DNA from: Infirmifilum sp.
GTDB lineage: Archaea > Thermoproteota > Thermoprotei > Thermofilales > Thermofilaceae
Direction: 5' to 3'
Assembly: GCA_041287245.1 (NCBI GenBank)
Contig: JBEULP010000117.1
Span: forward strand, 192,001 to 256,000
Length of the DNA: 64,000 nt
The position numbers were made by a program, and so were the translations under genes. Below, piece after piece: positions 9,719-19,277 of this stretch. Position 1 is the stretch's first letter; each line of letters begins with the position of its first letter. The notes under the pieces are model-generated. The model ran no database searches, was not told where the DNA came from, and saw only the letters and a program-made list of their open reading frames with translations.

Positions 9719-11065
9719 CTATATTTCTTTTATCTTCAAGAGGCTCTCAAGTTCAGGATTCTCATTCAAAGCGTTCTGCAGAAGCGACATTGCAGCAGCC
9801 TCACCTTGATGAATAACCCTTTCCTCATCCAACCAAGCATGCCTTCCACCCCTGACAACAACCTGTCCCTTAACCAGTACGGTGTCAACATCACCGGCTG
9901 AAGCTGCATAAACAACTAGAGCATAGGGGTTAAACGCAGGCCTCATATGCACCCTAGCTATGTCAAGCAACACTAAATCAGCCTCAAAACCCCTTTTAAT
10001 AATCCCCGTTCTCAGTCCAAGGAGCCTAGAAGAGTACCTAGTTGCTATCTCTAAAATATCCGAGGCGTTCCATAACCCTGATCTTTCAGCTAAGATACGT
10101 TGTCCATAGATGAGAAGCCTCATCTCCTCGAAGAAGTCGATATTATCATTGTAACAAGGCGAATCCGTTCCAATAGCAATGTTACCGCCTAACTGCCAGT
10201 AGTCATATGCGTGGAAACGCGTACCAGAAAGCATATAAGTTGAGGGGCACTGGGCAATAATACTCCCACTGTGAGCAAGAAGAGCCTTTTCCTCAGTGAA
10301 GACATAGTTAGCATGAGCAACAATAGTCTTACTGCCAAGTAAACCCAAATACAAGGCATACCTCACAGGCGTATAGCCAGTCTTTTCTCGTACAACCTTA
10401 AACTCTCTCTCAGTCTGCGCCAGATGCATGTGCAAATAGAGGTTCTCCTTGCGGGCTTTCTCGGCGAGATAAGCTAAATTCTCCCGATGTACAGTGTCGG
10501 GAGCATGGGGTGCTAGAACAGGAGTGATAAGCGAATGCCCCCTCCACTTATCCACGAAATCAAGGGCCTTTTTCATTTCGACCTCACCGGTGAAGGGACC
10601 GTCAATGTCCATATACGTATGCCCTAAGAAGCCACGAATCCCTACCTCCGAAACAGCTCTAGCTATCTCGTCCATGAAAAAATAGTGATCAGCTATCAGA
10701 GTCACACCACTTTTAGCAGCCTCTAAAGCCCCTAGAAGAGCCATTCTATACGTTGTTTCCGGGCTTAAGCCTCTTTCCAAAGGCCAGAAAACCTTGTAGA
10801 TAACATCACCAGCGTCAGCTGCAAGCCCCCTAAAACCCGCCATAGCGACGTGAGTATGCATATCAACAAGCCCTGGCATCACGATTTTCTCCCTGCCGTC
10901 AATCACTTCATCCGGCTGCCCGTACGCCGAGACAATGGTTGAGTAATCCCCAATAGCCTCTATCACACCATTCTGAATGAGTATCGACTGTCGCCTTAAA
11001 ACCTTGTCTAAACCGTCCATTGTAAGTATAAACTCGGCATTTCTAATCATTATTGAGCTAGACAC
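9719..11065 (-). CDS. Amidohydrolase, MTA/SAH-deaminase (TRZ/ATZ)-like
   Basis: PGLVDMHTH, APHAP, HMHLAQ, AH, GTD metal-binding motifs. Confidence 0.85.
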   Translation of the reverse strand: MSSSIMIRNAEFILTMDGLDKVLRRQSILIQNGVIEAIGDYSTIVSAYGQPDEVIDGREKIVMPGLVDMHTHVAMAGFRGLAADAGDVIYKVFWPLERGLSPETTYRMALLGALEAAKSGVTLIADHYFFMDEIARAVSEVGIRGFLGHTYMDIDGPFTGEVEMKKALDFVDKWRGHSLITPVLAPHAPDTVHRENLAYLAEKARKENLYLHMHLAQTEREFKVVREKTGYTPVRYALYLGLLGSKTIVAHANYVFTEEKALLAHSGSIIAQCPSTYMLSGTRFHAYDYWQLGGNIAIGTDSPCYNDNIDFFEEMRLLIYGQRILAERSGLWNASDILEIATRYSSRLLGLRTGIIKRGFEADLVLLDIARVHMRPAFNPYALVVYAASAGDVDTVLVKGQVVVRGGRHAWLDEERVIHQGEAAAMSLLQNALNENPELESLLKIKEI

Positions 11066-11512
11066 AAAGACTCTACGAAACCCTTTAACTTAAATCTTTA
11101 ACAGGATCCAAAACTCTAATGTAAGTTGTGCTGAGTACGGTCATAATATATTTGTAAGTATATCATAAGATTGTTTTTTAAACGATAATAAAAGTATAAT
11201 GTTTAAAATAACGACCTTTATTTTTATTGTAAAAGATAGTTTAATAGCACTTTTAGCCTATTTTAATAGACAGAACAACGATGAAAAGTCATAAAAAAGC
11301 GAAAAACCATGCGAGATTTGGTGCTACTGAATATGAGCATCATAGGACATACATCGAAAACTGACATCTGAATAACATTATATGAAATACGTATTACGGA
11401 TTACGACTTACGGAAATCACTGTTTAAAATAGATAAATTCGGGAAAAAATTTTATCTGTTAAAAATTCCTCCTATTGGAAGATCAAGCATAAAAGATAAT
11501 TTCACCAACATT

Positions 11513-12271
11513 GTGCTATTACACGTGTACACCATATACTTACATCCCCGGTGTGCCGATTCATATCATGTGAGACAAATATTAGAGCAAAATTCACTCC
11601 TCAATTCGGTAAAATTAGTTAATACTGAGAAATACCCATTACACGCCCTGGAAAACGGGGTTTTATCCGTCCCTGCCTTCGCTATCGAGAACAACGTCGT
11701 ACTACAAGGATATTTTACTGACGAAGATGTTGTTCATCTGATACAGACAGGTGCGATAAAAATTCAGGGATTTGAAGAAGCATTTGAAAGGTTAATTAAG
11801 AGTATCTTTTCCTCGTTTCTCGTTGCCTCTACAATCTACCTGAAGGGCTCCTTTGACGTTTTACAGTTCTCTGAAAAATACCTTCTTTCTGCAAGTGGAG
11901 CGTTCTTTCTTCCGGAACGCAAAACTTTCCTAGACATGGTTAATATTAAGTTCAGGGATTTAAAGGTAGATTCTTCGAATGAGAGAAATTTCCTCAGAAT
12001 AATAGGAGGTAATTTTGTTCGGGATCTCTACTGGCTTCGTAGGAAGCTCCCATCTCATGACGAGCTGCAGGCATTGGGAATACGATTTTTTAGGGAATGG
12101 CTCTTTCAACGCGCAAGCCTAGGCAGGGTGTTTGTGCCACAGTCTGTCACACAAACCCAGGATTTAGAAGCAAGAGTTGAGAAGGCGTGGAACTACATCC
12201 TTGAACGGTTTGACCGCATAGCTTCGCATGTTTTAGAAGAGCAGCAAGCCATCCCTGAAAACTGGTTGTAG
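11513..12271 (+). CDS. Thioredoxin/glutaredoxin-fold protein with C-terminal helical domain
   Basis: HPRCADS (CxxS) and GVLSVP cis-Pro motif. Confidence 0.6.
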   Translation: MLLHVYTIYLHPRCADSYHVRQILEQNSLLNSVKLVNTEKYPLHALENGVLSVPAFAIENNVVLQGYFTDEDVVHLIQTGAIKIQGFEEAFERLIKSIFSSFLVASTIYLKGSFDVLQFSEKYLLSASGAFFLPERKTFLDMVNIKFRDLKVDSSNERNFLRIIGGNFVRDLYWLRRKLPSHDELQALGIRFFREWLFQRASLGRVFVPQSVTQTQDLEARVEKAWNYILERFDRIASHVLEEQQAIPENWL

Positions 12272-12629
12272 CGTTCAGCTCTCATACGGATTCTATCTAA
12301 AGAGGAGAGTGATAGCTTTTCTGATACTGAGGAGCCATTTGAAGATGAGAAAAGGGGTAGATTTCAGGCGGGATCCCCCGGGGTCTGGTGGTGTTCGGTT
12401 GTTTTAGCAAGTGGTTGTCAGCCCTCTGACGTCCTGATCTGTTCCACTCACTATCCAGTGGGTTTTAAGTGGTGATGTTAAGGGGGTTCATGGGTTTGTT
12501 TGGCCCGGGTTTTTTGGTTTTATTGTGGGGGTTATGGAGGGGTGGTTTTTCACAACATTGTCTTACGCAGTTTTGCGTTCACAAAACAGCGTATTACCTT
12601 TGTAATACTAGGGAGACGCTGTTTTGCTT

Positions 12630-12971
12630 TTACTCTACGGTCAGGGCTAAGCTACGGCCCTCCCTTAAGATCTTCAGGAGAACGCTGTGTAGGAGCTTGC
12701 AGGCTTCTCGAAGCTCAGGATACCTAAGCTTGTAGTATACCCTATTGCCTCTTCTCTCCGAGGCAATTATGCCCAGCTGCAGCATATACCCGAGGTGTCT
12801 TGAGACTACCGGTTGCGGCTCGCCGGTGAGCCTCACGAGTTCTGAGACGCTTAGCTCCTGCTTCTCAAGAAGCTCCAGCAGTCGAAGCCTTAGAGGGTGG
12901 CTCATAAACTTGCATAGCCTGGCCTGCATCTCGAAGAGCTTCTCGTCTGGGATCTTGTTTTCTTCAGGCAT
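12630..12971 (-). CDS. ArsR/SmtB-family transcriptional regulator
   Basis: SHPLRLRLL..SVSEL..QPVVSRHL..RRGNRVYY. Confidence 0.9.
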   Translation of the reverse strand: MPEENKIPDEKLFEMQARLCKFMSHPLRLRLLELLEKQELSVSELVRLTGEPQPVVSRHLGYMLQLGIIASERRGNRVYYKLRYPELREACKLLHSVLLKILREGRSLALTVE

Positions 12972-13074
12972 ATCTTACTCTATATAAATAAGAGAATATA
13001 TACGTTAAAAACATTATTGTTCAACAGCTACAAGTCTTAGTCCGGCATTCCAGGCTTCTAACACCGGAGGTTTT

Positions 13075-13455
13075 TCAGCCTACCAGTTGGATTTTCTGCG
13101 GAGAGGTTCTGTGGAGGTTGATGTTGATTTTAACCTCGGATGGACCGGGTGAAACTATTCGCGGTAGCTTTATAAGGTAAAAATTAACCTCGGCTCGCTG
13201 CCCAGGTTCCAGCATTACTTTCAAGCTGGGCTGGTATACGCGGGAGCTTATATAGAATGTTTTTCCGTTCGCCTCTACCTTTAGAACACCTGCTGGCAGC
13301 TTCCAATCCGCTCTCCCAACCTTTAGCTCCAGTACAGCTGGGTCTTTTTCCCGGTTTTCAACCTCGATGCTGGCTTTATCCCATATTGGTAAAAGTATTT
13401 CCTGCCCTTCTATGTCTAGCCATACAATCACTTGTGGGTTTTCCATACATATCAC
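13075..13455 (-). CDS. Hypothetical beta-rich protein
   Basis: 126-aa ORF with GGTGA RBS-like motif and TTTAAA box upstream; no family recognised. Confidence 0.55.
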   Translation of the reverse strand: MICMENPQVIVWLDIEGQEILLPIWDKASIEVENREKDPAVLELKVGRADWKLPAGVLKVEANGKTFYISSRVYQPSLKVMLEPGQRAEVNFYLIKLPRIVSPGPSEVKININLHRTSPQKIQLVG

Positions 13456-13551
13456 CGCGGTGGGAAACCCCGGCCAGGTTTAAATAGAATTTAGTTCAAA
13501 CACTCGCTGCGGGTTGGCTAGACTGGGAAGCCACTCCGAGAAGTGCCCACT

Positions 13552-13706
13552 CATAACACCCCGAACAAAGCCATAGCACCGAGCCCGCGTTGAGCGGGGT
13601 AGGGGTAACGCGTTCAAGACCAGAAGGCTGAGCCAAGTTAAGGCTGGGGATACAGCCCCAATCCTCCCGCAAAAACCCTCGCCCCTCAGGGCGGGGAGGG
13701 GGTCAG
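13552..13706 (+). mobile_element. IS200/IS605-family remnant: decayed tnpB 3' end/omega-RNA region plus right-end hairpin
   Basis: AACCCTCGCCCCTCAGGGCGGGGAGGGGGTCAG (13674-13706) is the typical archaeal right end; upstream GCCATAGCACCGAGCCC..GGTAGGGGTAAC resembles tnpB 3' ends. Confidence 0.75.
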
Positions 13707-14029
13707 CAGTGGAATTACCCTATACTATTCTCATATAGCTCGAATTGGGGGCTCTCCTGCGTATCGCAGTAACAGGAAAGCCGTATCTTTAGTCAACATG
13801 CATATCCTTTCCGGTTTGCAGGCAATTTAGACGACTTTGTCTGAGTTGAGGAATTAGCCTGGCGCTGCCTTAAAGCAGCTGCTTATTTGCGCGGGTCGTC
13901 ACGTCTGGCGTGTTGCGGTGAATATGAGAATTCATGCGTCTCTAGGCGTGGGTTTCCGTACTAAAGGCTGGTCTTCAATGATTGCGTCTTAGAAAGAAGT
14001 GGGGTCGATCAAAAATTTTTAATTTTAGG

Positions 14030-14488
14030 TTAGGTTGAGAAGGATACCTTAACTCCAAAGAAGTCTTTAACGTGCGGCTTGAAGAAGTAGTATAGTATCA
14101 GGGCGTCTATGAGCAGTGTTAGAAGCGAGAATATGTCTCCCAGAGCTATGCCAAGCAGAGCGTTCACTGCTTGGAGAGCCGTTAAGATAACCTGGACCCA
14201 CCACGCCCAGGCCCTGCCCGTGTACAAGCCCCAACTCACTAATAGTGTAATGCCTCCAAACACAAGTAAGAAGAACCCGAGAATGCCTGCGATGAGCGTA
14301 AGCATGGGGGTTAAGTGACCTGCCTCTTCTAGGTAGGTTCGAACTAGAGGACCTAGCGCGATGAAAACTAACCCCAACAGTAAAAGTAATGCACCTCCCA
14401 AGAAGCCTAGAATCGCGAGAACCGTAACTCCTAACGGTCGTTGCTTGGGCGGGGGAGGTGAGGGCAGTTGTGTCTCCATATCTATCAA
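14030..14488 (-). CDS. Small integral membrane protein
   Basis: RPLGVTVLAIL, WGL..G..WAW and YFFKPHVK.FF motifs of a common 4-TM family. Confidence 0.75.
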   Translation of the reverse strand: MIDMETQLPSPPPPKQRPLGVTVLAILGFLGGALLLLLGLVFIALGPLVRTYLEEAGHLTPMLTLIAGILGFFLLVFGGITLLVSWGLYTGRAWAWWVQVILTALQAVNALLGIALGDIFSLLTLLIDALILYYFFKPHVKDFFGVKVSFST

Positions 14489-14541
14489 GTTAACACAGTT
14501 TAAAAAACATAAAAAGTTTTCGGTAAGAAAAATGATAATTT

Positions 14542-15810
14542 TTAAATCCAGCCTCTCAGCTTCATAGCATTGTATACTCGTTCAACAGCCAAGACGAACG
14601 CGGCGTCGCGCATCGTAACCCTCGTGTTCGGTCTCTCAGCCTTCAGCTTCTCCCAACGGTCTGCGGTGCGGTTGAAGTTTCTCTCCATTATCATGGCAAG
14701 TTTCTGCCTCGTCTCCTCCTCGTCCCAGAACCACCACTGGAGGTTCTCTACCCACTCCAGGTAAGACATTATTACGCCGCCGGCATTTGCGAGGATATCT
14801 GGAACAGCCGCGATGAAGTCTTTTCTCGAGTAGAGTATCTTTTCAGCCTCTAGGGTTGTTGGGCCGTTGGCCGCCTCAGTTATTAGCCTAGCCTTGACCT
14901 TGTGGGCGTTGTTTTCGGTGATTGTGTTTTCAATAGCAGCTGGGATTAGAATGTCTGCGTCTACGAATAGGGATGCTTCGGCATCGCTTATCTTATTGCC
15001 TTTGGGATAGTTTATCACCTTGCCTGTCTCGTTCTTTACTCTTATTGCAAGCTCCGGGTCTATACCATTAGGATCATATACCGTTCCAGAGGTGTCGCTA
15101 ACTGCTACTACTTTAGCTCCAAGGCGGGTGGCCCATAGAGCAGCGTATTGCCCAACGTTTCCAAAGCCGTGTATGGTGATTGTTTTACCCTCGAAGCCGC
15201 CCATCCACCGGTCAGCGGCGGCCTTCGCTGCGATCACCGTGCCATAACCCGTCGAGTAAAGTCGAACGGGGTTGCCCCACAGCTCCGGGGGTTTTGCCGT
15301 GAAAACAGCGGGAACATTATAGCCTTTTAGCTTGCTGTACTCGTCGACCATCCAAGCCATTATCTGTGGGTTTGTGTTAATGTCGGGGGCAGGTATGTCT
15401 TGCTCGGGACCAATGATAGTAGCGATAGCCCTAGCGTACCCTCGGCTTAGCTGCTCAAGTTCGCGTGCGCTCATCTTTTTAGGATCACATCGGACTGCGC
15501 CCTTTCCACCACCGTAGGGTATACCGGCTAGGGAGTTCTTTAGGGTCATTCCCATGGCTAGCGCCATGTCAGTTTCCAGGGTGACCTCGGGGTGAAATCT
15601 AATGCCACCCTTGTATGGTCCCAAAGCGTTGTTGTGCTGTACCCTATAACCCTCGTATACGACAAGCTTCCCGTTGTCCATTCTTACAGGGATCTTCACC
15701 ATTAAAACCCTGTCGGGCTTGCTTAGGTATTCGTAAACCTCCTGTGGGAGTCCAGCTAGTTCAATCGACTCTTTAAGCACTTTTAACATCCAGTCAAGAT
15801 ATGAAGACAT
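14542..15810 (-). CDS. gdhA: Glutamate dehydrogenase
   Basis: [50 protein letters not shown]. Confidence 0.95.
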   Translation of the reverse strand: MSSYLDWMLKVLKESIELAGLPQEVYEYLSKPDRVLMVKIPVRMDNGKLVVYEGYRVQHNNALGPYKGGIRFHPEVTLETDMALAMGMTLKNSLAGIPYGGGKGAVRCDPKKMSARELEQLSRGYARAIATIIGPEQDIPAPDINTNPQIMAWMVDEYSKLKGYNVPAVFTAKPPELWGNPVRLYSTGYGTVIAAKAAADRWMGGFEGKTITIHGFGNVGQYAALWATRLGAKVVAVSDTSGTVYDPNGIDPELAIRVKNETGKVINYPKGNKISDAEASLFVDADILIPAAIENTITENNAHKVKARLITEAANGPTTLEAEKILYSRKDFIAAVPDILANAGGVIMSYLEWVENLQWWFWDEEETRQKLAMIMERNFNRTADRWEKLKAERPNTRVTMRDAAFVLAVERVYNAMKLRGWI

Positions 15811-15985
15811 TTTAGGTCAAGTTTTACATAAGGCAAGTTATATTTATATTTTTCTAATAAAAGCCTTAAAAACGAAAGCCTGATCGAATAGCAGATCATG
15901 ATGTAATAGCTTATAGGAGGACTTTTTTAATAAAAGTGGTTTAGAGGATAAATATTTAAAAATAAGAGAAGCCTCCAGTTTAAGT

Positions 15986-16336
15986 ATGGAGATATTCGAA
16001 ACAGTAATCCTAGCTGGAGTTGCTATAGCACTGAGTATTATGATCGCGTACTTCGTATCCGGTATCGTCTTTAATCAGACTCAGCTTGAACTACTAAGCA
16101 TATCCTACTCACTTCAAGGGAACCGCACGCTCACCATATACTTGAAAAACCAGGGCACCAAGCCTACAAGTGTTATATTAGTTAAAGTCGGCGAGAAAGC
16201 TTATCCTCAAAATCTCTATATTCAACCCGGTGCTACAGCCACGTTGACGCTTCCACTGGAGGACGAGAAACCCCTTTATGATGTAAGGGTTGTCACGTCC
16301 TCGGGAGTTGAGTACCCCCTTTTGGTAAAAGCTTAG
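15986..16336 (+). CDS. Type IV pilin/archaellin-like small membrane-anchored protein
   Basis: N-terminal hydrophobic helix TVILAGVAIALS then Ig-like IYLKNQG..I.PG..VVTSSG. Confidence 0.65.
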   Translation: MEIFETVILAGVAIALSIMIAYFVSGIVFNQTQLELLSISYSLQGNRTLTIYLKNQGTKPTSVILVKVGEKAYPQNLYIQPGATATLTLPLEDEKPLYDVRVVTSSGVEYPLLVKA

Positions 16337-16388
16337 TTTTATGCATTGTTTAACAAAACATTTATGCTTCTTCACGTGAAACATTACG

Positions 16389-17336
16389 ATGGAATACACT
16401 TTCCTCGGGAATACAGGGGAGAAGATTTCGAGAATAGGGCTAGGCGCATGGCAGTTTAGCGAAAGCTGGGGCGTGACGGAGTACGAGGCTGCTAAGAGGG
16501 TCATCCAGGAAGCTGCGGTTCTGGGAATAAACCTTATCGATACAGCTGAGGTTTACGGCAGAGGAATGAGCGAGCAGTTTATAGGAAAAGCCCTTAAGGA
16601 ACTCGGCTTAAAAGGGCAGTTCCTGATTGCCACGAAGATACCCGGTGATTTTCTCGCGGAGCACGACGTTTACCGTGCTGTTGAAAAGAGCCTTAGCAGG
16701 CTACAGGTAGATACGATTGACCTGATGCAGGTTCACTGGCCCCCATGTTGGCATAATATTCCAACCTGCGAGTATATGAGAGCATTGGAGAAACTGGTAC
16801 ACCTCGGCAAGATCAGGTATATTGGGCTCAGCAACTTCCCGCCAATTTTAGTGGAGGAGGCTAGGTCGTGCCTCTCAACGGAGGATGTTGTTTCCCTGCA
16901 AGTAAGGTATAATCTTGTTGAGAGGGATGCTGAGAAGGAGATCATCCCATACGCTGAGAGTGAAGGTCTCACAGTTTTAGCATGGAGCCCGTTAGCTAAA
17001 GGCGCGGTCTCTGGAAAATATACGCCTGATAACCTGCCAAAATTCGAGGATGTAAGAAGCGGGGAGGCTGTTTTTCACCCTGAGAATTTTGCACAGGTGT
17101 ACAAGGTTGTGCAGGTTCTGGAGGAGATAGGCAAGAAGTACAACAAGACACCTGTACAAGTAGCTTTAAACTGGCTAGTTATGTCAAGCCCTACCGTTGT
17201 TCCAATACCCGGTGCTAAGAGTCAGGATCAGGTTACGAGCAATGCCGGCGGTGTGGGCTGGAGGATGGGGTTTGAAGACTGGTTGAAGATTGAAGAGGCT
17301 AGTAGAGGCGTTAAAATAACTAGAGTTCTCTGGTAA
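16389..17336 (+). CDS. Aldo/keto reductase
   Basis: IGLGAW, DTAEVYG, ATK, DLMQVHWP, IGLSN, WSPLAKG, PIPG. Confidence 0.93.
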   Translation: MEYTFLGNTGEKISRIGLGAWQFSESWGVTEYEAAKRVIQEAAVLGINLIDTAEVYGRGMSEQFIGKALKELGLKGQFLIATKIPGDFLAEHDVYRAVEKSLSRLQVDTIDLMQVHWPPCWHNIPTCEYMRALEKLVHLGKIRYIGLSNFPPILVEEARSCLSTEDVVSLQVRYNLVERDAEKEIIPYAESEGLTVLAWSPLAKGAVSGKYTPDNLPKFEDVRSGEAVFHPENFAQVYKVVQVLEEIGKKYNKTPVQVALNWLVMSSPTVVPIPGAKSQDQVTSNAGGVGWRMGFEDWLKIEEASRGVKITRVLW

Positions 17337-17379
17337 CCAAACATTAAACATATTTATTTGTCATATATATTCTAACTCG

Positions 17380-17694
17380 ATGAGCGAGAACATTGAAGTT
17401 GAAATTATTAGACCAGTAAACCCAGCAGGCGTCAGCTTCATAAAGTATCTTTGGGGCGCTATTGGTGCGAGAAACCGGACAGTGCTGCAAGAATATAGGA
17501 GAGAACTAACCCGGCTTATTCAGAGACTAGGTTTCATGCTCGAGGAAAAGATTGGAACCAACAAGCTAATAACTGGTAAAATAGTTCTGGACCTTCAAAA
17601 CGGAAAGCCCGTGAAAATAACTGCAAAGGAGCTAAGAATTTGGCAAGAGACTGGCAGCTTTCCTGATGCGATAACAGCTGAGCTTAAAGAGTAG
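17380..17694 (+). CDS. Hypothetical protein, possibly ThermoDBP/DUF2258-like nucleic-acid-binding protein
   Basis: Own TATA box and T-rich terminator; FIKYLWGAIGA..RELT resembles ThermoDBP as recalled (weak). Confidence 0.4.
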   Translation: MSENIEVEIIRPVNPAGVSFIKYLWGAIGARNRTVLQEYRRELTRLIQRLGFMLEEKIGTNKLITGKIVLDLQNGKPVKITAKELRIWQETGSFPDAITAELKE

Positions 17695-17740
17695 AATCAA
17701 AACTTTTTCATTTATGATATTTTTTCTTAAATATTTTCTT
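17695..17740 (+). terminator. T-rich archaeal terminator
   Basis: CTTTTTC..TTTTTTTC..TTTTC runs right after the stop codon. Confidence 0.5.
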
Positions 17741-17777
17741 AGCAAAACCTATAAGCAATCAGAATATCTCTTCACGT

Positions 17778-19118
17778 ATGACCGAGCTTAAACGCGAACT
17801 TGGTCTAGGCTACGCTACGCTCTTCGGGATCGGGCTAATCCTTGGCGCTGGGATTTACGTTTTGGTGGGACGCGCTGCTGGGCTTGTAGGAGACGCTGTA
17901 TGGATGAGCGTTGCGTTTTCAGGTATAATCGCTCTTGCTACAGCTTTCTCATATGCTGAGCTTTCTTCCATGTTTCCAACAGCAGCAAGCACACATACAT
18001 ACATTGAAAAAGCTTTCCCGAATCTACGCATACTCGCCTTTGTCTCGGCTTGGCTCATATTCTTCGGCGGCGTGGCGGGCGCTGCCACTGCAAGCTTGGG
18101 TTTTGCAGGTTATTTTGTAAGTATAGCAGGGCTGGGAAGCGAGTATATTGTGCCTGTAACAATCATATTGCTCATACTTCTCACAATTCTGAATTGGTGG
18201 GGAATTAAGGAGAGCGCGGGGCTTTCAGCAGTCTTCACGATAATCGAGGCTTCAGGGCTTATATTTGTCGCGGCACTCGGCTTCTTATTTCCGGTGAGGC
18301 AACCTAACTATTTATCCTTTAACCCCAGTGTTAACCCGATTCTAGCCGTGATGGTTGGGGCATCTATCTTTTACTTCGCATATACTGGCTTCGAGTACCA
18401 ACCAACCCTTAGTGAAGAGACTAAGAACCCTGAGAAAATCGTGCCCAAAGCTATTGTTCTGGCTATAGCTGTCACAACAATAATCTACCTGCTCGTAGCG
18501 ATGGCTATCGTCCGGCTTATGAGATGGGATGAGCTAGCCCACAGTAAGGCACCAATGGCTGAAGCAGCATCTCGTGTATGGCCGGCATCCTATGCCTTGC
18601 TCTCAGGCATAGCCTTATTTGCCACAACTAATACTGTACTCGGATTTCTGGTTTCAGCGTCGAGGCTCGCCTTTGGGTTAGCCGAAGAGGGTGTTGTCTC
18701 GAGCTCGTTTATCAAGCTTGACAGTTGGCGTAAGACGCCATACTTTTCAGTGGTTTTTACTGGCGTCTTATCTATTGTTCTTGTACTCCTAACAGATTAT
18801 CTGCCACAGGTGACAGGCTGGAAGCTAACATTCGGTGGATACCAATACGAATTGATTGACCTTGTAGGCAAGACTGCCAGTTTATCTGTTCTGCTTGCCT
18901 TTATATTAGTGAACATGTCAGTCGTGTATTTAAGGATCAAAGAGCCTCAGAAAAAGAGGCACTTTAGCGTTCCCCTATCCATAAATAATATACCAGTCCT
19001 GCCAATATTAGCAGACGTCCTAATAATCACATTTATAGCTATCAGCTTTAACGATTGGATTGTTTGGCTCAGTACAATTCTTGTCTCGCTGTTAGGGCTC
19101 TTATTATATAAAAAATAA
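17778..19118 (+). CDS. APC-family amino acid permease
   Basis: ELKRELG, GAGIY, SYAELSS, FAYTGFE..SEE motifs; about 12 TM helices. Confidence 0.92.
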   Translation: MTELKRELGLGYATLFGIGLILGAGIYVLVGRAAGLVGDAVWMSVAFSGIIALATAFSYAELSSMFPTAASTHTYIEKAFPNLRILAFVSAWLIFFGGVAGAATASLGFAGYFVSIAGLGSEYIVPVTIILLILLTILNWWGIKESAGLSAVFTIIEASGLIFVAALGFLFPVRQPNYLSFNPSVNPILAVMVGASIFYFAYTGFEYQPTLSEETKNPEKIVPKAIVLAIAVTTIIYLLVAMAIVRLMRWDELAHSKAPMAEAASRVWPASYALLSGIALFATTNTVLGFLVSASRLAFGLAEEGVVSSSFIKLDSWRKTPYFSVVFTGVLSIVLVLLTDYLPQVTGWKLTFGGYQYELIDLVGKTASLSVLLAFILVNMSVVYLRIKEPQKKRHFSVPLSINNIPVLPILADVLIITFIAISFNDWIVWLSTILVSLLGLLLYKK

Positions 19119-19167
19119 CGGGACTTTTTTCAAAGAAAAACGATAAATAGCCTTAGCATGTAACAGG

Positions 19168-19222
19168 TGTGTGATGAGGGTTTCTGGTTCTGAGGGATGA
19201 GGAGAGCTTGATTGTCTGAGTT
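19168..19222 (+). ncRNA. C/D box methylation-guide sRNA #1
   Basis: C GTGATGA 19171-77; guide GGGTTTCTGGTT; D' CTGA 19190-93; C' GGGATGA 19194-200; guide GGAGAGCTTGATTGT; D CTGA 19216-19; TATA-like GATAAATA at 19142. Confidence 0.88.
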
Positions 19223-19277
19223 CCTTCCCCCTCGGAAAGTTTTTATCATTGCAAGGCTAGGAAAGTGCAGTCGGTTT

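Noticed and set aside
11278..11330. C/D-like ACGATGA...CTGA
   Set aside because: A-rich guide and no convincing C'/D' boxes
11100..11480. Replication origin
   Set aside because: AT-rich, but no ORB motifs and no cdc6/orc1 or whiP gene nearby
12469..12735. Plus-strand ORFs 12469-12735 and 12500-12727
   Set aside because: Derived from a low-complexity G/T tract and antisense to arsR; no protein-like features
13509..13588. tRNA-like start GCGGGTTGGCTAGACTGG with a terminal stem to GCCCGC
   Set aside because: No T-arm or anticodon arm; better explained as part of, or adjacent to, the IS remnant
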